Assembly (NCBI RefSeq): GCF_000485595.1
Contig: NW_014577090.1
Span: 792,728 to 856,727, forward strand
Origin: Priapulus caudatus
Lineage: Eukaryota
DNA: 64,000 nucleotides
Reading direction: 5' to 3'
The stretch's first letter is position 1; each line of letters opens with the position of its first letter. This document shows, piece by piece, positions 1 through 30,969 of the stretch. Made by a program: the position numbers and the translations under genes. The notes below the pieces were generated by a model. That model was not told the DNA's origin. It saw only the letters and a program-made list of their open reading frames with translations, and did no database searches.

Positions 1-400
1 GGTCGTAGTTGGTATTTCCAGCCGACAATGTACTATAGCCCTGCGGCAGTTAATCGAACGCGGGCTATAGTACTAGAGCTATGCCGGACCGTACCCAGGG
101 TACGTTCCGGCAGTACCCCGGGGGACATAGACCCTCTCAGCTGCACTGGCAGCAAGAACCAGTCCGCTGCAGCTACAGCACACACACGGGCATTGTCTAT
201 ATATAACATGTTATATATATAGACAATGGCTTTGTGTGTGCTGTAGCTGCAGCGGACTGCTGGTTCTTGCTGCCAGTGCTACTATGTAGTAAGTCTAGTG
301 TAGTGAGTGTCCTGTACTCTTTTTGGCCAGAATAGACCGATTCATGAAATCGCAAGATATGGGTGCATATTAGGATAGGCCTATCACAACCCATTATCCT

Positions 401-445
<45 letters not shown>

Positions 446-688
446 CTGTTACTACTAATACTAGTCTGTAGACTGTAGGCTGGCCTAGTACTGTACGTCT
501 GTAGTAGTAGTACCAGGAGAAGGTAATATAGGATCCTAGGATAATAATAATAATAATAGGATCCTATATTATCTTACTCCTGGTAGTACTAGTAGCAGTA
601 GTACTGCCTGACTTCACAGAATCACAGGCCCTTGGAGGCTCAAGTTTCAAGAAGAGCATAATAGTTTTAATACTATTATTATTAAGAG

Positions 689-1232
689 GGTAGTGGCTAA
701 ACGACCAGACCCGGTTTCGGAGGCCTGAAAACTAAACAACCGGCTCTCTTTTCTGATTGGTCAGTTTCCGAACGTAACAGGACAAATATATAATAGGGCA
801 ATTTTTAATGCAAAACATAAAGAAATATATTTAATTCCGAACGTAAACAAAAGTTACAACCTACAGAACAGATAAATGAATACGGAACAAATAAATGCAG
901 AAACAAATAAAATTCAAAGAAATACAGAAAGCAGAGGAAAATAAAAACACCTTATGGGGTTCGAACACGGTACTTTACTATCAAGAAGCGAACGCTCTAA
1001 CGTTGAGCCACTGCAACCATCTTGAAAGTTAGAGCTATAGACCCAAACCCTAACCCTAACCCAAACCCTAACCCAAACCCTAACCCTAACCCTATCCCTA
1101 ATTCTAAAATAAAATAAAATTAGCCAAAAATAATAATAAATGAAATAGTGACAAAATTAGCCAATCAGAGAAGAGAGCCGGTTGTTTAGTTTTCACGATA
1201 CCGAAACCGGATCCGGTTGTTTAGACACTTCC
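689..1232. mobile_element. MULE-like MITE nested inside a second TIR element (623-1278)
   Basis: GG..CC termini, TIRs of roughly 80 bp, 9-bp TSD TATTAAGAG (680-688 / 1233-1241). Outer element has CACAGGCCCTTGGAGGCTC inverted ends. Confidence 0.8.
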
Positions 1233-1886
1233 TATTAAGAGCGAAGCTCTTCTTGAAACGAGCCTCCAAGGGCCTGTGCTGACTTACAGGCTGATGCGTC
1301 ACACTAATACTACTAGTACTAAGTACTAGTACTACTAGTGACTACTACTACTAGTACTAGTAGTAGTACTAGTAGTAGTAGTAGTACTAATACTAATAGT
1401 AGGGCCTAATGCACGAAGGGTCGTTGTCGTATAATGGCGTATAATATGTACCCGAGGTAACTATTTGATATGGTTAGGGTTAGGGAGTAGGCGTAGGCGA
1501 CATACTCGCCGACACCTCGGGTACTACATATACGACAACTACCTCTTCAGCAATAGTAATAGAAGTACTAGTAGTAGTAGTGGGTCATCAAGGATATACG
1601 ACTAAGAGCTGTCCACAATGCATTTTCGCCAATGTGCGACATGTGCAAGTGTGGACATCTCTTAATCTTATATCCTTCGGCCCTAGTAGTCGGATTCGTA
1701 GTAGTGGTCGAGACTCAGACTTAGTGATGTGAATTGTGATGGATTACTGATAGTAATAGAGCCTAAAGGCCAATCTACAGCATTACAATACAGTGTATAC
1801 ACAGTACCATTACTACACCATTGATTAGTACACATACCGTACTTAATGTGTAGCTTAATTACTAAACATTACTAAACTTGTTGCAG

Positions 1887-4800
1887 GCGTGAACATCAAA
1901 AATTACTTCACAAATTCGAAGTAGAAGAATGCACACAGAAAAATGTTAAGAATAAAAGGTAGGTTCCAAATGGCCGGCAGTGCAGTGGAGTGTCAGTGCC
2001 AGTAGTGTACAGTAGTGCCAAAATCGGAACAAATTTCTGATACAAAAAGAATTCCAAGTTTGTTTACCATGTTCATATTATTAAAACATAATAATTTTTG
2101 ATTGTTTCCATTTGTAGTATGTTAGCGCATGTACAACACAATGTTAACTGATGTCAGTATCACATATAGGTCAAAAGCAGATGTTAGCAAAACAGTTAAA
2201 GCTTTTAGTCGCTGTGCGGCTGGGAAAGCCACTCCTGATCCTTGGGACCTGAGACCTGCTCCTGTACTGGCAACGACGATGAACTATCTCCTAGAAAAGT
2301 AAGTGCACTATTCATAACCACAACACTGCATCAGAGCAAAAGAAGTCGCCCCTGTTCAGTTAACATAATAAAGGGTCATAGAAAATTTTAAGTTATACCT
2401 ACCCTGGAATTTGATTCATGCACAATGGGACAGTAGCAGCTCGGCAGGGTGTATTGTAATTCGATACCGGTATCTAGTTTGTATGTCATAAACAGTATAA
2501 TTCTGGTTCAATGACAGGATTGCTCCTAGGGAAGACGTGCCATGGAACATCGTCTATGACTTTGTCGCCGACAGAATCCGAGCTGTGAGACAAGATATAG
2601 TCATTCAGCATTTACCAGGCGATGACACCTGCCAAATTCTGATGCAGTGTATACGATTCTACCTCTACTCAAGCTACAGGTAGATAAACTCTCCTAGATA
2701 TTAAACTAATTATAAAAACATTTACAGTTCTCACCTTTTTTGTGATTTTATGACTAGTAATTATACAATGACAACTCATGAGTTACATATAATGCTGTAA
2801 TAAACTAGAGCAGCAATATGTGCTTTTCAAATAAATAACCAATGACTTCATTTCCATTTCCATTACCTGGACGATGTTATTAGAAATTTTATTTATTAGA
2901 TTACCATGAGAGTATTAGAAATTTGTAGCTATTGCAACAGTTTTGGCAAGCAGTCTGTTGTTTGTGTCTAGCTGTATTGCTTATTATTTCAACATGTCAC
3001 CAGATGGGAGCAATAACAAATTTGGAATTTTTCTTGAAATTAGTTGATTATATCAGCACTGAAATCCATTTACACTATCCCAAGGTTTCTCAGAATGTTC
3101 TAATGTTGTTTCGCTCTCCACGTGAAGGTTATGTGAAGAGCCACTTGCAAACTTCGATCCTCACCTGAACAACATACAAGCGATGGAATGCATGAAGATG
3201 CTGCTGGTAAATTTTTCCAACATGCGCAATCCACCCATAAAGGAAGCGCAGGAACTCGAAGCTCTGTATCTGTTGTTCAACCTCGGATCCACTGACGCTA
3301 TGCTACATGCATATGAATGTCACCGAGATATCAGGTGCGTAGTCGCAATTATCGTTAAGGGAAATTCAGATTTCATGCACAGCAAAAAAACAATGACGGA
3401 TGTTTCACAGACATCTTTTGTTGTTTCCCTAACGTAAATGTTACCAGGTTACATTGAACAGTATGTCATTGCATTCATTAGGTTATGTTCATATGTTTCT
3501 TATATACCGGTCGTTATTTATTCGGAAAACATTTTAATCACATTTTTGTTTTTTAGGGAATGTGCCAAGGTTCGGCTTGCACTGAATCTAAACAGAGCAT
3601 ACATGGAAGGAAACTATGTTCACTTATTTCGTCTCGTGAGGAAACTGACATTTTTAGAGATGTGTTCGATGCACAGACATGTACCAAAGCTACACAGGTA
3701 GATATTTTTACTGAGTCAAATTATCTCTGAGAGTGCAACTGCCGATGCTAAACTGATCCATGCTTAAATAGTCACACCAATACTGACACTACTGCTGCAT
3801 GTTATCAAGAGTACATAATAGAGAAGAGTGTGACACTGTTTTAACAGCGTTTTGCATAGTTTTCAACTTGTAAATATTCTATCAATATGTGAATAAATAT
3901 GTTCAAACTTTACCTTGTTTTCGTCTATGATTCTCCCTTAATCATATGACACCACCAATTTACCTGAAAATCGTATGTGTTCTTCAAAAAAGTTCTTTGA
4001 ATACGACACGGTTTCACACAGTTTTCCTAAACTTTTGCATCTCCGCGGCCAAACTTGATATAGCGGCGACAGCACCAGGTTGTAATTACGGGATGCTGGG
4101 GATATTAGGTAAGCACAGTAACAGCACTTGTTTCGCTTCCTTATCATCAGGAACACGATGGCAACACAGCTCAAATCAGCTGCTAGCTCGCCGTGAGCAC
4201 ACATTTATTTTTAGCACGCTGGATGCCTAATATCCCCAACAGCCCCCAGCGTCCTGTTAGAGACAATAGAACACTAATCCGATAACAAAGTTTGGCCGCG
4301 GAGATGCAAAAGTTTGGGAAAACTGTATGAAACCGTGTCGTATTCAAAGAACTTTTTTGAAGAACACATACGATTTTCAGGTAAATTGGTGGTGTCATAT
4401 GAGAATCTTAGACGAAAACAAGGTAAAGTTGATTGAATATTTATATTGATAGAATATTTACAAGTTGAAAACTATGCAAAACGCTGTTAAAACGGTGTCA
4501 TACTCCTCTCTTATGAGCTCTTGATGTTATGTATGTTTCAAGTAGTCATGTTTTCTCACAGGCTAACAATTCAGCAAATGTCAGTGGCCTACAGCAGTAA
4601 AGTACTGACATATCCTGTGGAGCAGCTACGCCGCCTGCTGCTGCTGGATACAGAGTGCATGGCAGCGGACTTATGTCGCTACTATGGAATCACCATTGAT
4701 GGCAAAAGGATACGCTTTATAAAAGCAGCTTGGAACGATGCTGATGCTGTGAGTGTACCATTCGTAGTGCACTGATGTTAATAAATGAACAGTTGCATTA

Positions 4801-5091
4801 AAATAATGCTCGAGTAAGCTAAAGCTAAAGTGATGTGATCTGCCTGTGATACTTAATTTTGCTTCAAGATGTGTCATAACAGATTTACAATGTATACATT
4901 GTATTTATATTACTGCTGCTTGTATGAATTATTTGTTTATAAGTTTAATTTTGCTCTTGATTTTGTAGCAGGCGCCAAAGAAATGCAATTATGTTAAAGA
5001 AGCAGAGAGAGAAGCTATTGGATCTTCCCAACAACTTGTTCATATTCTGAGTGGCAGTTACAGATGTGTTCTCTCGAACCCAGAGACGTGA
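1887..5091 (+). CDS. SAC3D1: SAC3 domain-containing protein 1 (SAC3/GANP family), 5'-partial; first exon(s) lie upstream of the window
   Basis: Phase-consistent GT-AG exons 1887-1958, 2170-2298, 2518-2679, 3128-3334, 3557-3697, 4562-4748, 4969-5091 (TGA). Translation has SAC3/GANP motifs VKAFSRCAAG..LRPAPVLATTMNYLL, YDFVADRIRAVRQD, LYLLFNLG, GNYVHLFRL. The short C-terminus fits SAC3D1 rather than GANP. Confidence 0.88.
3806..4523. mobile_element. Fold-back MITE, P-element-like
   Basis: Long inverted arms, CAAGAG..CTCTTG termini, 7-bp TSD ATGTTAT (3799-3805 / 4524-4530). Explains the mirror ORFs at 3946 (+) and 4398 (-). Confidence 0.8.
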
Positions 5092-7586
5092 CAAGTGAAT
5101 ATACGTGTGGCAAATTGGCATTGCATACCAATTTGTAATAAGTGTTAAAAGTTTATGATGCTCGTAATGAGTTTGTGTTTGCATATGTGTGTGCATTCGT
5201 GATTGGGCGCATGCATTTGTAAATATTTCAGATCAAGCTATTCTATGCTTAGTGTCTCTTAGTAGATGCAATTTAATCAGACATATGCGGTAATCCTGAC
5301 TGCATAAAACCTAATCAGGGTTGTTCATCACTACAGTTTGCATTTGTACATCATATATTGCCAAGATTACTGTTACCTACATCACATTGCCGTCACAGGG
5401 TCTCAAAAAATGAGCCCCTTATCTCGGCGAGTGTGTTGAGATCTTCCCAATATCTTTTATATAGCTCTATTGAATATGCTGAATTCAGCCTCATCATATA
5501 TGACGCATGCACGTACTCGCACACGTGCGCACACATATAGCCTATGTAGATGTATTATTATTATATCGGACAGGCAGAGAGTATCCCTGAACTGGTGAAT
5601 TTCACCTTGACATGTCCATGCAGCCTGCGACACTAACGTCAATACATCTTTCAATGTATGACCATTTCTTAGAATTGTCATTTGATTAGCTCCAAGATAT
5701 GGTCATTCATCGAAAGACCATGTGTATTGATGTTAGTGTCTCAACTTGGTTAGGCTATCAGTTGATATGCTTTTGTCTCTGTTGTATCTCTACAGTACAG
5801 AAAATCAGGAAGGGTAGGTATGGCAGAAACCGGAATCGACGTGCCAACTGATGCCTCCTTAGAATCGCAGGCCACTGGGCACAAGGTTGAGTCGACGAAG
5901 GCAAGTCATGCATATATAGGTGCGAGATCCTGAGGAACCAGTACAAGTACGTTGTGAACATCTGGAAGCAACATAACGTTCAATCTGCCAGGTACACGGG
6001 CTTTAGTATTATACTTATAGTTGTAACACAGTACTAACATGGACATCTATAGCTCTACCTGTGTAGTGCTTCGCTTTGTCGCAAATCATTTTACACAATA
6101 TAATGCCACCTCCACAGGTCCGTTTTGGAGAACCCTTGAGTTAAACTCGTTTGCTAATAAACCAGGCCAGTAATGGGCTAGTTTTTCTGACGTAGAATAG
6201 TTTAATTGTATTAATACTTGCATTATAAAGAGTAATTGGCTGCATCTAGTTTAATTTTATTTTGCGTAAATATCTGTTAAATTTCGAAAAACAACATTTG
6301 CACTCAGGTCTGGGACAAGAACGATTGGCTTGACAGGTCCCCACGTTAACCATCATGACACAATCGCTGACCACACAACGAGTGCATTCCACGGACGAAG
6401 TGTAATGTGTTTTCGCTTTTAAATAGATTATACATTTTTGTCGCTGTGGTCATCGCCAGGCGTTATCGAGTGCGTGTGCAACAGCTCGTTGGAAACAGTT
6501 TTTCCACTTTCTAAAATGTCTTTAAACGTTACGGTTGGTCATTGTTGCTGCAGTGTGTCTTGACGTTTAGTTACTACACCAGCCACGGGAGTAACCTAGC
6601 TGGCTCTGTTGCTGAATTTTACACCAGTGGTCGCTAGAGTTTTTGTGCTGCCACACGTTAAATCTGTGAGCTGTTGTGTATACTTGGTCCTCTGTTTACA
6701 TGACTTGTAAAACTATTGCTTGGCATAATTTTTTATTTAATGCTTTGTTTTTAAGCTTTTATATGGAGAAATCATATTTTTATATATTGTATGTCCCAAT
6801 TTTATATGCACGCTCAACCTGTGCGTATTCTGTTATATATGATGAAATTGACAAATGTGTCATTATTTATGCATTATTTATAATGTTGGCTCTGTGTTGA
6901 TGATATTTATAACTTGTAATAAATCATTAAATGCATGGATTACTTCATATTTTCTTCATTATTTGAATCGAGATACCAATCGTGGAAAAAATCTTGACCA
7001 ATGTCAATGACTATAACATGACTATAACAATTTGTACATGATATTACATCTTTTGGGTGCATATCATATTATGTAAGCGTACGCAATTTATCTGGGTGTA
7101 AGATTTCAGTGCCTATTTTTGGACCGTACGCAAAACAACAATTCTGTGATATCTATTTTTAGAATTTCTAGAATAGAATAGAATCGACAAGACAAAAATG
7201 AACTCCGCACGCCATCTACTGGTTGAAGTTCTTAACTATTATCACAGCGTATAATTCACGTGTATTAATCCGCCTAACCATTTTATACCTTCTGAGTGTC
7301 GAGTTAACCATTTAATTTTAAGAGTTGATATAAAACACAATACTAAATGACTAATCCAAATAAATTATTATAGGTGCACCGTACCAGTGTACTGCTAATC
7401 ATGAAATTTTGACCAGTTTATGTCGTTACTATTTTTTACCCGGCAAAACACATTTTAGTAGGTGGTTAGGCTTGTGCGGTTGCCAACTTCGCAAATCTGG
7501 TGCAGTCGTCTTTACATGAGTCTGAGAAAGTAAATACTAATTTGTGTTATTGTTAATTTAGCTTGTATAGGCCTACCTTGTGCGAA

Positions 7587-25877
<18,291 letters not shown>

Positions 25878-26595
25878 TAAACTGCCGACAGGTGGCACCA
25901 TCCGGTGAGCATTATTCATGGCTAGTGCATGTGCTTTGACCTGCTGCTTGTGGTTGTAGCGATGTATATGTGTGAGGCAGTGTTAAATCATGTATTACAT
26001 GGAAACTGTTCAATCAGTTCTGAAAAACAATTGGATAAACCCTATCTTTCCGTTTCTGTCTCCCGACAAAATGTACTATTCAGCTGAAATTATTTGACGT
26101 ATAAAACGTTTATTTCCTACACACACTGAGGGCTATGGTTAAATTCATGGAGAATGTTATGATGGATGTAAGATGAGAACTATGATGGATAGATTACAGG
26201 TGATAGCTCATACGAAGGTATATAGGATAGCACTATGTTGTGTTGAAATAGAACCAAAACGTATCAGGGCATGTACTTTAATTATTTTAGTGATGTGTAG
26301 TTTGTATTTATATTGTATCCGAGTATCACTATTCTACTGTTGCTAGATTGTATTAGATGTCTGCATGTGCGTGAACATATGAATGTAGAGAAGGTATATC
26401 AGCTCTGTACAGATATCTTTCAAGCAGAGATATCAGATATAGATAGGTCACAAAAATAATGATGTTTATGTAGGTGTGTGTATGTGTGCTAGATGCAGAT
26501 ATTGGTATAAATAGTATCAGGAGTAAGATAATATAGATCTATATTATCTTACTCCTGATAGTATGCACACAGACACAAAATAATAGTCACTATAA

Positions 26596-27103
26596 CAGGC
26601 CCGTAGCCAGCTTTCTATTGGGGGGGGTTCGTTTTTCAATATTGGCAATTTGCTCGGCAGGGGCGTGTACAGGATTTGTACCAGGGGGGGTCTAACCGTA
26701 ACCCAAAGTTGCGAGCACGCGAAAAGGGGGTCTGGGGGGCACTCCCCCAGAAATTTTTAAAATTAGACCCTCTCAAGATGCGTTTTCTGGCGAGCAAGGG
26801 GGGTCCGGACTCCCTGGACCCCTGTACACGCCCCTGCTCCTCGCGCGGCGCTGTAAGCCGACCAGGCGATGAGAGCCAAGGCGACTGCCGAGCGGGGGGA
26901 GGGTGTGCGGGAGGGGGTGTGTTCACTGGTCACCTCCCGCACGATGGAGCATTTGCAGATTATTACATCTGAAATGGAGCCGACCCGAGGTTGAAATTCT
27001 TGCAAAATTTTCAAATTATTATTTTTTTGCTTGGGGGTGCGGGGGACGGCCTCGGGGGCGGGTCGTTTCGAACCCCCCGAACCCCCCTGCGCTACGGGGC
27101 CTG
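26596..27103. mobile_element. CAGGCCCGTAGC-TIR MITE with a nested CAGGGGCGTGTACAGG element; part repeated inverted at 29368-29523
   Basis: Inverted termini, G/C runs, hAT-like CAGG ends. Confidence 0.7.
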
Positions 27104-29342
27104 TTATCAGTGACTATTATTTTGTGTTCTGTGTGCATACTATCAGGAGTAAGATAATATAGATCTATATTATTCTACTCCTGGCATACATATTCTATAC
27201 CAATTATCTGCACTTAGCACACCAGTCACACACCTACAGAAACGATCCATTATTTTTTGTGAGCCCTATCTATATCTGTATATCTGGCTGCTTGAAAGAT
27301 ATCTGTACAGAGCTGAAGTACCTTCTCTTACATTCATATGTTCACGCACCATGCAGGAACATCTCAACTACAATTCTAGCACAGTAGTAGAATAGTGATA
27401 CTCGATACCAATATAAATAACAAATCTACGACATCACTAAAATAATTAAGACATGCGCCTGATCACGTTTTGCGTTTCTATTTGTCTAACACAACATAGT
27501 GCTGTCCTATATATACCCTATCGTATGAGCTATCACGCTGGAATCTATCCATCAATAGTTCTCATCTACATCCATCATAACATTCTCAGAATTTTAACCA
27601 TAGCCCTCAGTGTGTGTTAGGAAATAAAGCGTTTTATACGTCAAATAATTTCAGCTAGCATAGTACGATTTTGTCGGGAAGACAGAACGGAAAGATAGGC
27701 GTTTATCCAATTGTTTTTCCGAACTGATTGAACGTTCCATGTAATACATGATTATAACACTCCCGTCCACACTCATTACATCGCTAAACCAACAGAGCAG
27801 CAGCCGTCAAAGCACCTGCACTTAGCTCATCGAAAATCTGCGCTCACCCGGATGGTTGTCCAGCCTGTCTGGGAGTTTATTAGTTGCCCTTACGGTGCGC
27901 ATCAGGTTGGTTGCGTTCTGCGATTGGAAGAAGCGAGTGACCATGGACGTGACAAGATCGTTGAGTTCGTGCCCTCGGACAGCCGACCTGTCCTGCCTGC
28001 AACCACAACACCATGAGCTTACCTCACATATGCATTTCTTATGTTATGCTGCTCAAAAATTCATTTGCATGCCAGCACTTACACTCATTGCACTTATTTA
28101 CGTCACTATGATGTATAAACTTACCCTTTAATGGATCAGCAACAGATGTGGTGGTGTGTGTAGTGCCTGTGCATGTGCATGTGCCCGTAGGTGGGTGCGT
28201 CTGGTGTTACTGCGTAGGTTGGGTGCCGTGCGTTGTTTGTGTAGGTGGGGTCGCTTCGTGCGTGTGTGTAGATTTACTCCTGTTGCATGACTCTGGATCT
28301 TCACTGGCATATCGCATTTGTGTGTGTTCGTGTGTGTGTGGGCGTGCGTCTGCGTGCGTTGCGTGCCCCGTCGTTCCCCGCTTGCTAGACCTTCACCCAT
28401 TGATGCGATCAGCCACAGCATCTCTGCGTAGTATTTTATCTTCGGCTCGGTTCCGCTCGTGCGGATTGTGGCTCTACACAACCATTTGTAAATGTAAATT
28501 GATCATGTGACTCGTTTGCGATCCACAGGTAGAATCTTTTAAATTATATAAAAGCCATAGACTGTGCAGAATTTTTAATTAATTCAGGCAATAATAATTA
28601 GTATGAATGATATGGTGGGAATTGATGGTGCACAGATTTTCATCATTGCACAATTTTTCTTCGTGCCCAATATTACAATGCCCTCAATGTTGAGATATTT
28701 CAAACAGTCTCAAGTTTTTAGTCAAAGAAATTCTATTTCATATTTTCAACCCTGAATGCTCAGATTCATCGATAATAGCATCGTTCAAGTTATACACAAA
28801 ATTGGGATACACCGAATCCGTTAGCTCGACTCATTGGAAAATATTTAGCTTCACAATGTAAAATAGGTAGGATCATTACTTAGCTAAAGTCACAGCTTGG
28901 GCGCGGACTGTCACGGCATTATTTACCCGTGCGGGATGCCGCAGGATCTTCCCCGCCGACCGTAAAATTTATAATCCGTGGCGATCCGCGTCCCCACTTG
29001 CGTGAAAAAAAAACATCATAGAGGCGGATCGGGCCGCGACCAGCACCGCGCCACCGCGCCTACGGACCATCCTGGATTGAGCCCGGATGAAGCCCGGCCC
29101 GCAGCACGGATCATCTACGCGACGCCCCGGACTGCCACTCGGACCGCACGCGACCTTGAATCCGGCCTGGTCCCGGCCCCGTCCTGGCCATCGTCGCCCT
29201 CAATCCGTGGTTGGTGATCCCGCCTGCATCCTCTAGCTGCATCCCGGTGGCCGCACAAAAACGACGTCACGGATGGCCACGGATGGGCCCGGGGCTTCAG
29301 TACACCTGGCGGTGCCGCTACGGCACTGTTCGTCCGGGCACC
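27104..29342 (-). other. Indel-rich inverted copy of about 24590-26595 (probable assembly artefact)
   Basis: Mirror image including PGM2 exons 16-17, with dense single-base indels; ends at a 25-N gap. Confidence 0.85.
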
Positions 29343-30969
29343 NNNNNNNNNNNNNNNNNNNNNNNNNCTGGGGGAGTGCCCCCCAGACCCCCTTTTCGCG
29401 TGCTCGCAACTTTGGGTTACGGTTAGACCCCCCCTGGTACAAATCCTGTACACGCCCCTGCCGAGCAAATTGCCAATATTGAAAAACGAACCCCCCCCCA
29501 ATAGAAAGCTGGCTACGGGCCTGCTATAATTGTAGATCGACTGTGATGCGTAATTTAGGATACTGTATGACTTGCATTTATAGTCTTGATTCCATGGCCA
29601 CAAGAATAAATTTGGTAATTTAATAATCTAGCTCTATCCTCAATTGTGTGACTTATTAGTATTAGTTCCTTAATTAATTTCCTTTAACATTTCGTCAATA
29701 TTGCCCCACCATGTTAATTTGAATGAAATATAAATTCGTTCCCAATTAAATCATTCGAAATGTTTACACAAACACAAATATCCTCGTTAGTTCCAATGGA
29801 TTTTCATATTGTTATATTGCTCAAGTGGTACTTTATTTATATTTACTTACCTTCTTTCATTTGATTTTATTAAGAGCTTATTATCATTGTTAACTATAAT
29901 TTAACTATTAACAATGTTAATGTGCTCATTATTTTTGTGTATGCCAGTCACCATAGTTATACTGTGTAAAGACTGTACATCAGGATTACTACTGAGTGTG
30001 AAATGATGTTATAAGTTGATTGTTAATATTTGTTTCAAAACATTTATGAATAGGCATCGGTGGGTACGATACTGTTAAAAATCTGTTATCCTATATTAAA
30101 TACGTCTTTATGCTTGATTAGCAAGCACAGATAGTAATACATGCATGTTGTAGCTTCCAATTTGTTGGAAGTCACGCCTGTCTGAATCACCAACTTTCTT
30201 CATGTTTATAACTGGGTAGAAGCTAAATAGGTCTTACAAGACAGTTATATTATACAAGGTTAGGTTTTGCCACTCGGCATGCTGCCTATCTTTGAATGTA
30301 TGAATGTATCACATGCGGGATTAGGGGTTGTGGGGCGGTGAGATGTTCAGGGTTGGCTGAGGCCGCCCGTGTGAGTGAGTGCTTATACAGCTATGCGTGC
30401 GTATAGTGCTGCCTGAATGAATGTACTGGTAATGCTTAGCTTGGTAAGCAAATCACGGCAATAATAGATTATCTGACTGCCACCGCCATCTGTTGTGTTC
30501 TTTGTGAAGCATTGCATCGTTAAGTAACAGCACACCTGTAAAGGTGTTCATCATTGCACCCGATTCTAAGTGAATGCTTCAATGGCCCTGCATATAATCA
30601 GATGAAGGCATGATCGGGTGAGAGACGTTTACATGGAAACCTGCAGAACAAGTTTTTAATTAATAAAGTTAAAAAGAATCGTTTTAATAAATATACTTAA
30701 TAAATAAATAGAACTATATATAACGACATCAAAATTTTCAAATTGCACTATCACGTAAACATACAATTGATGGACCAAAAACGACCTAGTAAAGTATGAC
30801 AACTGTGCATATTCTTATGCATTAACAACTCTAGTAGTCGCTTTTGTAGGTCATTTTGAGATAATAATTATAATTTTAATCCTATAATCTTACAAAAATG
30901 TTTAGTCGAGCTGCAAAACATGTTTAATCACTCCTGATGGTGAAAGATCAGTATATTGTGAAATCCTGA

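Noticed and set aside
956..1013. Functional tRNA gene
   Set aside because: Only A/B-box-like remnants; no convincing acceptor or anticodon stems; inside a MITE.
5758..5961. 67-aa ORF on the - strand preceded by an acceptor-like ttccag
   Set aside because: No recognisable motif or partner exons; other frames are closed.
27850..28535. Second PGM2-like gene or pseudogene on the - strand (RTSGTEPKIKYYAE)
   Set aside because: Part of the indel-rich mirror copy next to a gap; most likely an assembly artefact.
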